Shown here: positions 28,454 to 38,141 of the stretch, piece after piece
Layout of the letters: each line of letters begins with the position of its first letter
Numbering within the stretch: position 1 is the first letter of the stretch
IMG/VR virus record: IMGVR_UViG_3300013005_000037
Span: 1-64,000 of that record
DNA: 64,000 nucleotides
Direction: 5' to 3' (one strand)
Source of the DNA: a virus
Taxonomy: Duplodnaviria > Caudoviricetes
The notes under the pieces: model-generated
Databases searched by the model: none
What the model saw: the letters and a program-made list of their open reading frames with translations, nothing else
What the model was told of the DNA's origin: nothing
Program-made: the position numbers and the translations under genes

Positions 28454-29062
28454 ATGGCAAACGAATTTGACGATTGGAGAAGTAAGTACGATACTATGAC
28501 TAGTAGTGAGCAAGTGGAATATTATAATGAAATAGAAGAATTATATCCAGAACAAGCGCATTATAACTATGAAAATGTAAAAATAGTATTAGAATTAGGT
28601 AAAAAAAATGCAGATGTTTTAGAGTTCGGAACGTGGAAAGCAGATTTATGTGAAACCGCTTTGAAAGAATATGAAATTAATAGTTGGACTGGAATAGAAA
28701 TATGCAAGTCAGCTATTGATAAAACAAGATGCAAAGACCCAAAATTAAAATATATTTTTCCATCAAAATTTGATTGGTTCAATGATAATGATAGACCAAA
28801 ATGTGATATTGTAATTGCTACTCACTTTATAGAGCATTTAAGCAACGAGCATTTTAACGCATTAGCAAAATATTGTGAAGGAGTAGAATACATTTACTTT
28901 GAAGCACCATTAAGCGATAATGGAGAAGATTGGAGTGGTTACTTTGGTACACATAAATTATTTTATGGTTGGAATCAAGTAGTCGAAGTTATGGCTCAAA
29001 ATAATTTTGAGGTAGTTCATAACTTAAATCAAGGTAAAATTTTTAAAACAATTAAAAAATAA
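28454..29062 (+). CDS. Class I SAM-dependent methyltransferase
   Basis: VLEFGTW, WTGIEIC, DIVIATHFIEHL. Confidence 0.75.
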   Translation: MANEFDDWRSKYDTMTSSEQVEYYNEIEELYPEQAHYNYENVKIVLELGKKNADVLEFGTWKADLCETALKEYEINSWTGIEICKSAIDKTRCKDPKLKYIFPSKFDWFNDNDRPKCDIVIATHFIEHLSNEHFNALAKYCEGVEYIYFEAPLSDNGEDWSGYFGTHKLFYGWNQVVEVMAQNNFEVVHNLNQGKIFKTIKK

Positions 29063-29066
29063 AATT

Positions 29067-29390
29067 ATGGAAGCACCAGCAGTAGCAACACCAGATGTAG
29101 CACCAGCACCAGCACAAGCAGTAGCACCACCAGCAGTAGCACCAGCACCTCAAATGGCAGATGGTGGAGCAATGGATTCAGTTGCAAAACCAAAAATGAA
29201 TACAAAAGATATTATCATTAGCTTATTGCTAATTACTGTATCTATTTACGGAATTGTTTATTACAGAAAAGCAATCAAAACTCTTGACGAACAAATAACG
29301 CCAGAAGAATTTGATAACATTGCTGGAATGGTAGATGAACACGATGTGAACTTGAAAAAAGCTTTGGGTGGTAAATATAAAAAAATGTAG
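29067..29390 (+). CDS. Membrane protein with Ala/Pro-rich leader ending in MADGG
   Basis: AP-rich N-terminus, GG motif, TM. Confidence 0.75.
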   Translation: MEAPAVATPDVAPAPAQAVAPPAVAPAPQMADGGAMDSVAKPKMNTKDIIISLLLITVSIYGIVYYRKAIKTLDEQITPEEFDNIAGMVDEHDVNLKKALGGKYKKM

Positions 29391-29392
29391 TT

Positions 29393-29809
29393 ATGGGAAC
29401 GTTTGGAATAACAGATTTTGATAGTAGTAATGCTCTTTGTAAAGATGGAACAATAGATAAAAATAACCCATCAAATCCTTGTGTTAATAATGGAGGCGTT
29501 AATTTATTTGGTGGAACAAATAAAATTCATTCTCCATTTGGCGGTAAAAAACCAATAGGGTATATTGTTCCAAAACTTAATACAAATCAACCAGAAACAT
29601 TTACAAAAGTGCTTTGTAATGATGGAAGTACACAAATGGTAGGAAGTAATCCACTTGGTGGTAGAGTAGATGTACCTTGTAGAAGTAATGGTGGAGTTTC
29701 AGAAAATCAATCACTACCCGAAACATTTCTACAAAAATACAAAACCAACTTACTAATTGCTGGAATAATAGTATTAAGTTACTTCGCATACAAAAAATTT
29801 AAAAAATAA
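29393..29809 (+). CDS. C-anchored protein with duplicated Cys motif
   Basis: LCKDG...PCVNNGGV and LCNDG...PCRSNGGV; C-terminal TM. Confidence 0.75.
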   Translation: MGTFGITDFDSSNALCKDGTIDKNNPSNPCVNNGGVNLFGGTNKIHSPFGGKKPIGYIVPKLNTNQPETFTKVLCNDGSTQMVGSNPLGGRVDVPCRSNGGVSENQSLPETFLQKYKTNLLIAGIIVLSYFAYKKFKK

Positions 29810-29812
29810 ATT

Positions 29813-30394
29813 ATGGGAACTTACAAATTAAAAGAAGATATTGTATGGGGTTTTTTACCAGATACTAATGGTAAGCCAAACATAATCTTTAAAAAAGGAG
29901 ATATTATACAAGGGGATGAAAAAGAAGTATTCGTTTACAACCAAATGATGAAAGGAGTTTCAGCAAAACCTACTGTTGAAGGAGCTAGGGTAGAAACCGC
30001 AGATGGATTGGCTTTTTCACCACTTACAAATCTTGAAAAAATATCAGAAAGTCAAACAGTAGCAGTGCAATATAAAACCCCAACACAAGCAGAGCCAGTT
30101 TCGGATTTAAAATATTATACAAGTGCTAATTTTTTAAAAAGAGCAAGTGTTTCAATTATTCCAGTTGGTTTAATTGGTGTATATTGTTACAAGAAAAAAT
30201 TTAGTTTATTAAAAAGTGCATTATTAGTTTCTATACCTATTATTGCTATAACTGGAATACAATATGCAGTTATGGGTGGAGGTAAAAATTCTTATTGGGG
30301 TATTTTTACACCACCTAGCACAAAAGCAAATTATAATGCACAATTAAGAGAAATAGAATTGAGTACTGGTATGCCACAAAAAGGCTATAAATAA
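29813..30394 (+). CDS. Membrane protein with two TMs and an SH3-like N-domain
   Basis: FKKGDII beta-barrel pattern; two hydrophobic helices. Confidence 0.65.
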   Translation: MGTYKLKEDIVWGFLPDTNGKPNIIFKKGDIIQGDEKEVFVYNQMMKGVSAKPTVEGARVETADGLAFSPLTNLEKISESQTVAVQYKTPTQAEPVSDLKYYTSANFLKRASVSIIPVGLIGVYCYKKKFSLLKSALLVSIPIIAITGIQYAVMGGGKNSYWGIFTPPSTKANYNAQLREIELSTGMPQKGYK

Positions 30395-30402
30395 ATACAA
30401 TT

Positions 30403-30747
30403 ATGGCAACTATAAAAGATAAATGCTACAAAACCGCAAAAGCTACTTATGATGTTTTTCCTTCGGCAAGAGCATCACAGTCTATTGCAAAATGCAGAAA
30501 AAAATCTGGAGTAGTAAATAAGTCAAAAGAAGGTTTAAGTTTAAAAAGGTGGAACGCAGAAAAATGGATTGATACATTAACTGGAAAACCTTGCGGTGCT
30601 GGTGGTAAAAAAGAATATTGCAGACCAACAAAAAAAGTTTCATCTCAAACGCCTAAAACTGTTCAAGAAATTAGCAAGTCAAAATTAAAAGCTAAACAGA
30701 ATGAAAAGTTAAAAGTAGGAATGGGTAAAAAAGTTAAGAAAATTTAA
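30403..30747 (+). CDS. Basic protein (DUF5872-like)
   Basis: VFPSARAS...CRKK, LKRWNAEKW, YCRPTKKVS. Confidence 0.65.
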   Translation: MATIKDKCYKTAKATYDVFPSARASQSIAKCRKKSGVVNKSKEGLSLKRWNAEKWIDTLTGKPCGAGGKKEYCRPTKKVSSQTPKTVQEISKSKLKAKQNEKLKVGMGKKVKKI

Positions 30748-30757
30748 AAATAATATT

Positions 30758-31060
30758 ATGTCACAAATAAGTAGCACACAAGAACTTATTCGCAGAGATA
30801 CGAATGGTAATCCATTAGTAAGAGAATTACAAAGTAAAGAGGAAATTGCTAAAAGAAAGAATGAAGAAAATTCTAAAATTAAATTTCCTTTAAAATCAAC
30901 AATATTATTGTCAGCAATTCCTTTATCACTTGCTTATTACTCATATTACAATAAATATAGTTTAGCAAAAGGTATAGCAGTATTAGTAATAGGAACTCCA
31001 GTAATTATATACGGTACATTAATTTTATACGCTACTATTGGCAATAAAAAATTTGTTTAA
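30758..31060 (+). CDS. Two-TM membrane protein
   Basis: Hydropathy pattern. Confidence 0.7.
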   Translation: MSQISSTQELIRRDTNGNPLVRELQSKEEIAKRKNEENSKIKFPLKSTILLSAIPLSLAYYSYYNKYSLAKGIAVLVIGTPVIIYGTLILYATIGNKKFV

Positions 31061-31071
31061 AAATAATAATT

Positions 31072-31164
31072 ATGAAAGATAAAAGAATATTATATATTGG
31101 ATATGCAATTGTAGGTTTATATTTTTATTTTAAATATAGACAAATTGAAAAAATGAAAAGTTAA
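31072..31164 (+). CDS. Small membrane peptide (30 aa)
   Basis: Manually translated MKDKRILYIGYAIVGLYFYFKYRQIEKMKS. Confidence 0.55.
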   Translation: MKDKRILYIGYAIVGLYFYFKYRQIEKMKS

Positions 31165-31187
31165 AAAAAAATTAAAAAAATAAAATT

Positions 31188-31325
31188 ATGGCAAAAGCGG
31201 TAAATGGGTATTTCAAAGCAATGTTGGAAGCCAAAAAGAAAAAATCATCATCGTTTGTTTATAACGGTAAAACTTATGTAGCTTCAAAAACAAAGACTGG
31301 AGTTATGGTATATAAAGCTAAATAA
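31188..31325 (+). CDS. Small basic protein (45 aa)
   Basis: Manually translated MAKAVNGYFKAMLEAKKKKSSSFVYNGKTYVASKTKTGVMVYKAK. Confidence 0.7.
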   Translation: MAKAVNGYFKAMLEAKKKKSSSFVYNGKTYVASKTKTGVMVYKAK

Positions 31326-31336
31326 AACCAATACAA

Positions 31337-31699
31337 ATGGATTTTTATAAATTAACAAAAGACACGGTAGTTTCAAAATACAATCCAGAAAAGAAAAATG
31401 TTTATGGAGGTGTAGGTGTAGAATTTGTTAAATATTTAAAAAAAGGAGATATTGTTTTAGTAAACAGAGTTGAACCAAACGACATTGAGAAAGATTTAAT
31501 AAAAGCGGAAAACTATTTTATTAGTAGAAATAATTTTATTTCAGTTAGTCAATATACTAATCAATTAACCGACAGTATAAATACAAAAGATATTATTACA
31601 TTTGCTTATGAAAAAGCAAAAGAACCAAAAAGCATAGTTATAATAGGGGTCTTAATTGCAATTATTATTGGAACAAAGGCATTAATAAAAAATAATTAA
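31337..31699 (+). CDS. C-anchored membrane protein with SH3-like N-domain
   Basis: YLKKGDIVLV; C-terminal TM. Confidence 0.7.
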   Translation: MDFYKLTKDTVVSKYNPEKKNVYGGVGVEFVKYLKKGDIVLVNRVEPNDIEKDLIKAENYFISRNNFISVSQYTNQLTDSINTKDIITFAYEKAKEPKSIVIIGVLIAIIIGTKALIKNN

Positions 31700-31963
31700 A
31701 TGATACAGAAAAATAAATTACTGGTATATGGAGTAGTGGCATTATTAGCCTATTACCTATACGATAGAAACAGAAAAATGAGATTAGTTTCAGACTTAAA
31801 AGATGGAGCTAATACTGATTTTGTAGAAGAAGTTGCGGATATAAAACCAAACTGTCGTCAAGAATGGGTACAAAAAATAGGTAGCAAAACAAAATTTCGT
31901 AGTGCAGAAGCTTTAGCAAAATCTCAAAATGATTACATTTCATCTTGTCTAAAAAATAAATAA
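31700..31963 (+). CDS. N-anchored membrane protein
   Basis: TM followed by a Cys pair (CRQEW...SSC). Confidence 0.7.
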   Translation: MIQKNKLLVYGVVALLAYYLYDRNRKMRLVSDLKDGANTDFVEEVADIKPNCRQEWVQKIGSKTKFRSAEALAKSQNDYISSCLKNK

Positions 31964-32608
31964 ATGAATTTAAACCAAGTAACTTACGGAAACCCAACAC
32001 GAGAAAATAAAAAGTTTATTGAGGAAAAAGGTTTTATGGATAGCCTTTTTGTTCAGTTTGACGAGGATTCATTTCCTCTTAATGATTCAGAATTAGTTAA
32101 AGATGAACTAAATGAAATTGTTGATTATGTAAATTCAATAAGCGATGAAGAAAACAAATCTTTTTTAACTAGGTATAAATCATACGATAGAAGTTTAATT
32201 CAGACCATTGCTACTACTTTTAAACAGAAAGGTATTGATGTTGAAAGTATATGTGAAGATATTATTGATGATACCAAAAATTTAATTTACAAATTAAAGT
32301 ATTTTTACCAACGACCAAGACCTTTTCAATTAGCACAATACTACAAATTAAAATTATTTCCTTACAATAGTTTTAGTTCTAATACACCATCCTATCCTTC
32401 TGGACACACCTTACAAGCTTATGTTATTTTAAATGTAATAGCTAGTAAGCACCCTAATCAATTTCAATTTTGCAAAGAGATGATTGACGATATTGCGTAC
32501 AGTAGATTGTATTTAGGATTACACTACCCAAGTGATAATGATTTTTCAATAGAAATAGCCAAGAAAATTTTACAACACCCAGATTTCACTAAAAAATATG
32601 AAATATAA
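31964..32608 (+). CDS. PAP2-superfamily phosphatase
   Basis: KYFYQRPRP, PSYPSGH, SRLYLGLHYPSD (all three PAP2 motifs). Confidence 0.9.
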   Translation: MNLNQVTYGNPTRENKKFIEEKGFMDSLFVQFDEDSFPLNDSELVKDELNEIVDYVNSISDEENKSFLTRYKSYDRSLIQTIATTFKQKGIDVESICEDIIDDTKNLIYKLKYFYQRPRPFQLAQYYKLKLFPYNSFSSNTPSYPSGHTLQAYVILNVIASKHPNQFQFCKEMIDDIAYSRLYLGLHYPSDNDFSIEIAKKILQHPDFTKKYEI

Positions 32609-32622
32609 CAATATGGATAATT

Positions 32623-33009
32623 ATGAAACACCACGAATACGACCTACAAGTTGCGGTTTGTAGATATTTGAACTACCAATACCCAGATGTAAATTATATG
32701 TCTGATACTATTGCTAATTTAAAATTAACAAAGACACAAGCCATTAGGAATAAAAAAATTCAAAAAGATGGATTTAAAACGCCAGATTTAATTATTTTTG
32801 AGCCAAATAATACATTCATAGGATTATTTATTGAACTAAAGATTGACACACCTTTTAAAAAAGATGGTACAATTAAAGCTTCAACTAACGACCATTTAAA
32901 ATTACAATTAGAAACTATTGAAAAACTTAATAAAAAAGGTTATTCAGCACATTTTAGTTGGGGATTTGATATGACAAAAGAAATTATTGATAATTATTTA
33001 AACCAATAA
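32623..33009 (+). CDS. VRR-NUC-type nuclease (resolvase-like)
   Basis: EYDLQ...PDLII...GLFIELK...QLETIEKLNKKGY. Confidence 0.8.
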   Translation: MKHHEYDLQVAVCRYLNYQYPDVNYMSDTIANLKLTKTQAIRNKKIQKDGFKTPDLIIFEPNNTFIGLFIELKIDTPFKKDGTIKASTNDHLKLQLETIEKLNKKGYSAHFSWGFDMTKEIIDNYLNQ

Positions 33010-33010
33010 T

Positions 33011-33451
33011 ATGAACCAAGAAACAAACAACATCTCCAGCTTACTGTTGGAAATTAACAAAACGATTCAAGTAATAGGAACAGAAAAGCTTTTGGACTTA
33101 TTGAAAATTTCAAGAGAAAACAATAGTGATTTAGGCGATGAAGTAAAGTCAAAATCTCAAATGGTTATCAAAATAGTCTGCGATGAATTTAACATTGAAA
33201 TTGATGACTTTTATTCCAGAACGAGAAAGAACAATAGAAGATATGCAATAGGCATTACTGCAATGATTTTGAAAGATTATCTAAAACTTGATGTAGCGGA
33301 TATTTCGTATTTAATTAAAAAACCTAATAATCTTGTTTCAATATATTGTAGTGAAGTTCACGAATTAAATCCCAATCATAAATCAGATATTTACATAATT
33401 GAAAAAATTAACAACATAAACATAAAACTTAATAACTTAAAAAATGACTAA
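33011..33451 (+). CDS. DnaA C-terminal-like HTH protein
   Basis: IVCDEFNIEIDDFYSRTRKNNRRYAIGITAMIL. Confidence 0.65.
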   Translation: MNQETNNISSLLLEINKTIQVIGTEKLLDLLKISRENNSDLGDEVKSKSQMVIKIVCDEFNIEIDDFYSRTRKNNRRYAIGITAMILKDYLKLDVADISYLIKKPNNLVSIYCSEVHELNPNHKSDIYIIEKINNINIKLNNLKND

Positions 33452-34493
33452 TCAAGAAACAATTGTAGAAGCACAAATAATGGATGATTTTTCGCCTTTA
33501 GATGCTCCAGTAAAACAGAGGTCTTATACCCAGCACAAAGTATATTCAGATTCAGAAGTAGTGGCAGATTTAGAAGAACCAACTTTTCAAGCACCTAACT
33601 TTAATGATTTTGACGACCCAAGTGCGGAAGAAGAAAAAGAACCAGCAAAACCTTTTAATGAAGCTTATAGCGAGTTAGATGGTAAAGAAAAGACAATGGG
33701 TGCGGAAATGATGGCAGAAATGACATTAGACATCTATGAAAAGGGTTGTGGATTTTTAGGTAAGCTACCAGAGATAAGCGAAAGCAAACTTGACCAATTA
33801 ATTGCAGAAGGAGAAATAGACCCAGATATTCAGTTACCAACTGAAAGTGGAAATATAGGCGTTAAAGATTTTGCAGTTGAGTATAACAGTAGTATTAAAG
33901 ATGCTTTTGAAGTAAGTGAAGATTTTAAAAATAATGTAAGACCACCGCTTATTCGTGTTTTCAAAAAACGTGGAATAGGAATGACTGACGAGCAATTGTT
34001 AGCGTATTACTTTGTTACGGATTTAGGAACTAAAACCGCACAAGCATTAATGTTGCGTAAGACATCAAAAAACATTTTAGATTCTTTAAAAGAAAATACA
34101 ATGGCTATTAGAGAAAGTCAAAGACCTACTGCAAAAGCTCCAACACCAACTGCTCCAGCACCACAAAAAGAAGAAAGCATTGATTATTATGAAGAAGTTT
34201 CGGAAGTAGAGGAAAGAGTAATTAGACAACCAAGAGCAAAAGCTAAAACTAATTTGGAAGAACAACTTCAATATTTTGAACCAGAAGAAGATGGTGTTTT
34301 TTCTAATTTAAACGATAGAGGTGGGTTTAAAGAAGAATTTATTGAGCCAAGTGGTATGCCACAATTCGGAGATAAAGATATGTTGTCTAAACTTGAAAAA
34401 TTAAGTCAAGAACCTACAAAACCAGTTAGAGCAAGAAGAAAATCAGCAACAACAACAACTAGAAAACCAAGAACACCAAGAACCAAAAAATAA
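33444..34493 (+). CDS. Acidic protein upstream of the packaging ATPase
   Basis: 349 aa, acidic termini, basic tail; coupled to the ATPase gene. Confidence 0.75.
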   Translation: MTNQETIVEAQIMDDFSPLDAPVKQRSYTQHKVYSDSEVVADLEEPTFQAPNFNDFDDPSAEEEKEPAKPFNEAYSELDGKEKTMGAEMMAEMTLDIYEKGCGFLGKLPEISESKLDQLIAEGEIDPDIQLPTESGNIGVKDFAVEYNSSIKDAFEVSEDFKNNVRPPLIRVFKKRGIGMTDEQLLAYYFVTDLGTKTAQALMLRKTSKNILDSLKENTMAIRESQRPTAKAPTPTAPAPQKEESIDYYEEVSEVEERVIRQPRAKAKTNLEEQLQYFEPEEDGVFSNLNDRGGFKEEFIEPSGMPQFGDKDMLSKLEKLSQEPTKPVRARRKSATTTTRKPRTPRTKK

Positions 34494-35314
34494 TGGAAGA
34501 AAGAGAGCCAAAATTAGGTGTTGCGGTAGGAAGAAAAGGTTGTGGTAAAACATATCAAACAACAAAAATGATTCAGAGCTACATAGTGGGCAACCCAGCA
34601 AAAGGGGTTGCTCCTCGTAGAGCTTTAATTTTAGATGTTAATGATGAATTTGAAGATTTTAAGGCATTAAAACTTTCAGATGTAATGCGATTTTCAGCAC
34701 ACCCCAGAATTGAAGCGAGAAGGATAAGACCTTTTCACGACAACGGACAAAGAATGACAATTAATGAAATACAAGATACTTTATTTAAAATTTTAAATGA
34801 CTTTAGAGGTGGACTATTACTTATTGAGGATGTTAACAGATATATTTCGGATTATTTACCAAACGACCTTGTTGGTGCTATATGTACAAATCGTCATACC
34901 GACACAGATATTATATTGCACTTTCAATCAGTGGGTAGGGTATCTCCGAAGATATGGCAAAATTTGAGTTGGATTAGGTTTCATAAAAATACAGATAGTG
35001 TTGACAAGCACCGAACCAAATTTGAAGATAAGTATGAAATGCTTAAACTTGTAGAAAATTATGTAAATAATGAGTATCATAACTTTAACAATCAAAGGTA
35101 TTTCTGTTATGTGGATATTGAAGATGAAAAAATTAAAGGAGTAGATAGAAAAAGATTTGAAAGTATTGTTGAACAGTATATTGGGGAAAATTATAAAAAG
35201 CTAATTTCTCCAATGTTACAAAGGAGGGATTTGGGCAAAGGCTCTAAAGTACATACGCCAGAATCAGCAGTAAAATTTCAAAAGCAAAGAATTATAAGTT
35301 ATTATTTAGATTAG
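34493..35314 (+). CDS. A32/FtsK-HerA-type genome packaging ATPase
   Basis: Walker A GRKGCGKT, Walker B LLLIED, then RHTDTDIILHFQ (RH...hhhhQ motif of A32-like ATPases); 273 aa, no nuclease domain. Confidence 0.8.
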   Translation: MEEREPKLGVAVGRKGCGKTYQTTKMIQSYIVGNPAKGVAPRRALILDVNDEFEDFKALKLSDVMRFSAHPRIEARRIRPFHDNGQRMTINEIQDTLFKILNDFRGGLLLIEDVNRYISDYLPNDLVGAICTNRHTDTDIILHFQSVGRVSPKIWQNLSWIRFHKNTDSVDKHRTKFEDKYEMLKLVENYVNNEYHNFNNQRYFCYVDIEDEKIKGVDRKRFESIVEQYIGENYKKLISPMLQRRDLGKGSKVHTPESAVKFQKQRIISYYLD

Positions 35315-35315
35315 T

Positions 35316-35516
35316 ATGAGCAGACAAGAATATATTGACAAATATTTATCAAAATGGGTTAGTAGAAAACTAATAGTTTTTTTAGTAGCATCAACTGGAC
35401 TTTTTATTAAATCAATTGAAAGTGGCGATTGGGTAATAATTGCAGTAACTTATATGTCAGTAGAGGGAGCAATAAACGTAGTAGAGAAAATTTATAAAGC
35501 AAAAAATCAATTATGA
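35316..35516 (+). CDS. Putative holin
   Basis: SRKLIV followed by two TMs; directly before the endolysin. Confidence 0.7.
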   Translation: MSRQEYIDKYLSKWVSRKLIVFLVASTGLFIKSIESGDWVIIAVTYMSVEGAINVVEKIYKAKNQL

Positions 35517-35980
35517 GAATATCGACACATTTAGACTTGGTTGAAGTAACCAGAAGTGAAACTGCAAAAAGAAATAACATAAGCAATCAACCAACCGCAG
35601 AGCATCTAGCAAATTTTAAAAAATTAGCTGAAAACATTTTTGAACCTATTAGAAAACATTTTGGAGTTCCAATTCATATTTCTAGTGGATATAGAAGCGT
35701 TGCTCTTAATAAATTTATAAAAGGTAGTACTACTAGTCAACATCTTTTAGGTCAAGCATTAGATATTGATATGGATGGAAGTTCAAGCGATGTTACCAAT
35801 AAAATGGTTTTTGATTTTATAAAAGATAATTTAAACTTTGACCAATTGATTTTTGAGTTTGGCACAAAAGACAAACCAGATTGGGTACACGTTTCGTTTG
35901 AATGTAATGGAAAACAAAGAAAGCAAATTTTAAGAGCTATAAAAAAAGGAAGTAAAACTACTTATCAAACTTATGCGTAA
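35513..35980 (+). CDS. Peptidase M15A endolysin
   Basis: EPIRKHFGVPIHISSGYRS, SQHLLGQALDI, WVHVS. Confidence 0.92.
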   Translation: MRISTHLDLVEVTRSETAKRNNISNQPTAEHLANFKKLAENIFEPIRKHFGVPIHISSGYRSVALNKFIKGSTTSQHLLGQALDIDMDGSSSDVTNKMVFDFIKDNLNFDQLIFEFGTKDKPDWVHVSFECNGKQRKQILRAIKKGSKTTYQTYA

Positions 35981-35992
35981 CAATTAAAAATT

Positions 35993-36643
35993 ATGATTAC
36001 AACAATTAACAAAAATAGAATATACATATCGGTATTGCTTACGGTATGCTTAATACTAGTTTCACAATTATTTTCAAAGTGCGAAAGCGAGAAATTACAA
36101 TTGGCTAACGTAAAAGCCTTAAATAGTAAGGTTATAGTTTATAAACTTAAAAATGGAGATTTAGTAACTAGCGTTGAAAATTTATCATACACCAATAGTC
36201 AGTTGAAAAGCTCTATTATGATGAAGGATAAAAAAGTAAAGGAATTGACTAGTAAATTTTCTAAAGTCAAAGGGATTACTAAATATGTTACAAACACAAA
36301 ATTTGATACAATTAAATTAACATACAAAGATTCTATTCCGTGTAATTTTGAAAGAAATGGAAGTGTACTTGAAGAATGGTATCATATAGCATATAATTCA
36401 AATCAAAAAGGTGTTGATATTTATGAATTAAGTATTCCAGATAGTGTTATAGTTGTAACTGGAGAAAAGCGTAAATGGTTTTGGGGAAAACGAACAAGCG
36501 TAACCGATATTACACACGCAAATCCATTTGTAGAAACAGAGAGTATCCAGCATATAGAGGTAAAGGAAAAAACCAAATGGTACGATACTACAATTTTTAA
36601 AGTTGGGGTTGGTTTTCTTGGTGGAGCATTATTGTTAAAATAA
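35993..36643 (+). CDS. Spanin-like protein (DUF6549-like)
   Basis: N-terminal hydrophobic segment ending in Cys, coiled coil, hydrophobic C-terminus; follows the endolysin. Confidence 0.6.
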   Translation: MITTINKNRIYISVLLTVCLILVSQLFSKCESEKLQLANVKALNSKVIVYKLKNGDLVTSVENLSYTNSQLKSSIMMKDKKVKELTSKFSKVKGITKYVTNTKFDTIKLTYKDSIPCNFERNGSVLEEWYHIAYNSNQKGVDIYELSIPDSVIVVTGEKRKWFWGKRTSVTDITHANPFVETESIQHIEVKEKTKWYDTTIFKVGVGFLGGALLLK

Positions 36644-36795
36644 ATAAAACTTTTTAAGTAGGCGTTTATTCAGTTTATTTTTTAAAAAAGTTGTTTTAAT
36701 AATATTTATTTGTTATACTTTTGAAAAATGATATTGTATCTGCATATAAATATCATTTAAAATTGTTTTCATAATTTCTAATTATTCATTCTGTA

Positions 36796-36930
36796 ATGAA
36801 AAACGAGTTAATAACATTATTAAAAGCTATCGGAGTTGTAGTTGTAGGCGTTCTACTTGCAAACACACTAGAAAGAAAACTTTTATCAAGCAAAGTAGAT
36901 GCGCCAATGGTAGCACCGACAAAAGAGTAA
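36796..36930 (+). CDS. Small membrane protein preceding the capsid candidate (44 aa)
   Basis: Manually translated MKNELITLLKAIGVVVVGVLLANTLERK... Confidence 0.75.
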   Translation: MKNELITLLKAIGVVVVGVLLANTLERKLLSSKVDAPMVAPTKE

Positions 36931-36964
36931 AAAAATCAAATTAAAAATTCTAAAAATAGAAAAA

Positions 36965-37660
36965 ATGTCAAATGTTCGTAAATATTTAGCCAATGCACAA
37001 AGAAATGCAATGGAATCTTTCTCAAACGCTGATGGTTTTATCGATAACGATTTATCGTTCACTGGAGAGGACTTTTTCAACGCTGGAGGAATGGGGGGCG
37101 GAAACGTTCAAACTTCACAACCATACATATTAGATATTACATCTACTAGTGGTTCAGCAGTTACAAATTTTGAAGTATTAGGTTCTTACCAATACATCAA
37201 CAACGCTGGTTTCCAAGCAAATGGAGATTTAGTAATTGGTTCAATCACAATTAGCTCTGGTATTTCAGATGTTAACTATCGTGAAATGTTATACCAATTT
37301 ATGAATAATCCTTATTCAGTTGGTTTAACTTACATTCAGTCTGCAACTGCAAACCAAGTGTTAGAAACTCTTTCTGTTAACACAAGAGATTCAAATGGTA
37401 ATTTAGCGCAAAAAACACTTGTGCCTACAATTGACCCATACCAACAACAAACTAACATTATCGCTATGAAGTATGCGTATAGAATTGATGGTTTCACTAA
37501 AATTATCATTCGTCAAGTATTGGCAAATGCTACTGTGAAATTATACTTCTACCCAGCAGACAACATAAACCTTGCAAGAGCTTTAGGTGGTAATTCAGTA
37601 AGCAGACAATTCGGTACACCTCCAGTTACTAATGGTCAAACTATTAGAATTAAAGGATAA
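36965..37660 (+). CDS. Candidate major capsid protein (beta-rich, single jelly-roll size)
   Basis: 231 aa, alternating beta pattern, no TM; TAC/ATC/AAC/TTC/CGT codon bias suggesting high expression; near the ATPase; strong terminator downstream. Confidence 0.6.
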   Translation: MSNVRKYLANAQRNAMESFSNADGFIDNDLSFTGEDFFNAGGMGGGNVQTSQPYILDITSTSGSAVTNFEVLGSYQYINNAGFQANGDLVIGSITISSGISDVNYREMLYQFMNNPYSVGLTYIQSATANQVLETLSVNTRDSNGNLAQKTLVPTIDPYQQQTNIIAMKYAYRIDGFTKIIIRQVLANATVKLYFYPADNINLARALGGNSVSRQFGTPPVTNGQTIRIKG

Positions 37661-37697
37661 TATCTTTATGAGATAAAATCGAATTATTGTATAATTG

Positions 37698-37741
37698 AAA
37701 AAAGGGCAAGTATGATTCAATTCTACTTGCCTTTTTTTTTT
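37698..37741 (+). terminator. Intrinsic terminator
   Basis: GGCAAGTA (37705-12) / TACTTGCC (37724-31) stem followed by a T10 tract. Confidence 0.85.
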
Positions 37742-37753
37742 AAATAACAAAAT

Positions 37754-38140
37754 ATGTCAGTATATCAATATGTTGCGGATAACGACCCAAAAGGTGCGGA
37801 GCTTATAATCAATTCATTTGGTTATGAAGTTACTAATAGAAGGGATTTAGGTCAAAGTTTAAGTGAATTAGTTTCAGAGGTTGGAGAACCAGCTTTGAGA
37901 AAAGTTATGGAATATCATCCAGACAGAGAAATTATTTTAGAGTTAAACGGAGATGATAAAAAGTCTGAATGTGGTTGTGGTAATTGTAAACAAACAAGAA
38001 CGCAAGAACGTTATATGAACGCTAGTGGTGCTGAAACACCAAAAGAAGCGAAGCCAGATACTTTGGCACATCAAACTAATGTAATATTAGTTGTAGCTAC
38101 ATTATTTATTGTAACCGCTTTAATCTATAAAAATAAATAA
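37754..38140 (+). CDS. C-anchored structural protein (paralog family A)
   Basis: Helical N-domain, CGCGNC, YMNASG motif, TM. Confidence 0.8.
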   Translation: MSVYQYVADNDPKGAELIINSFGYEVTNRRDLGQSLSELVSEVGEPALRKVMEYHPDREIILELNGDDKKSECGCGNCKQTRTQERYMNASGAETPKEAKPDTLAHQTNVILVVATLFIVTALIYKNK

Positions 38141-38141
38141 A

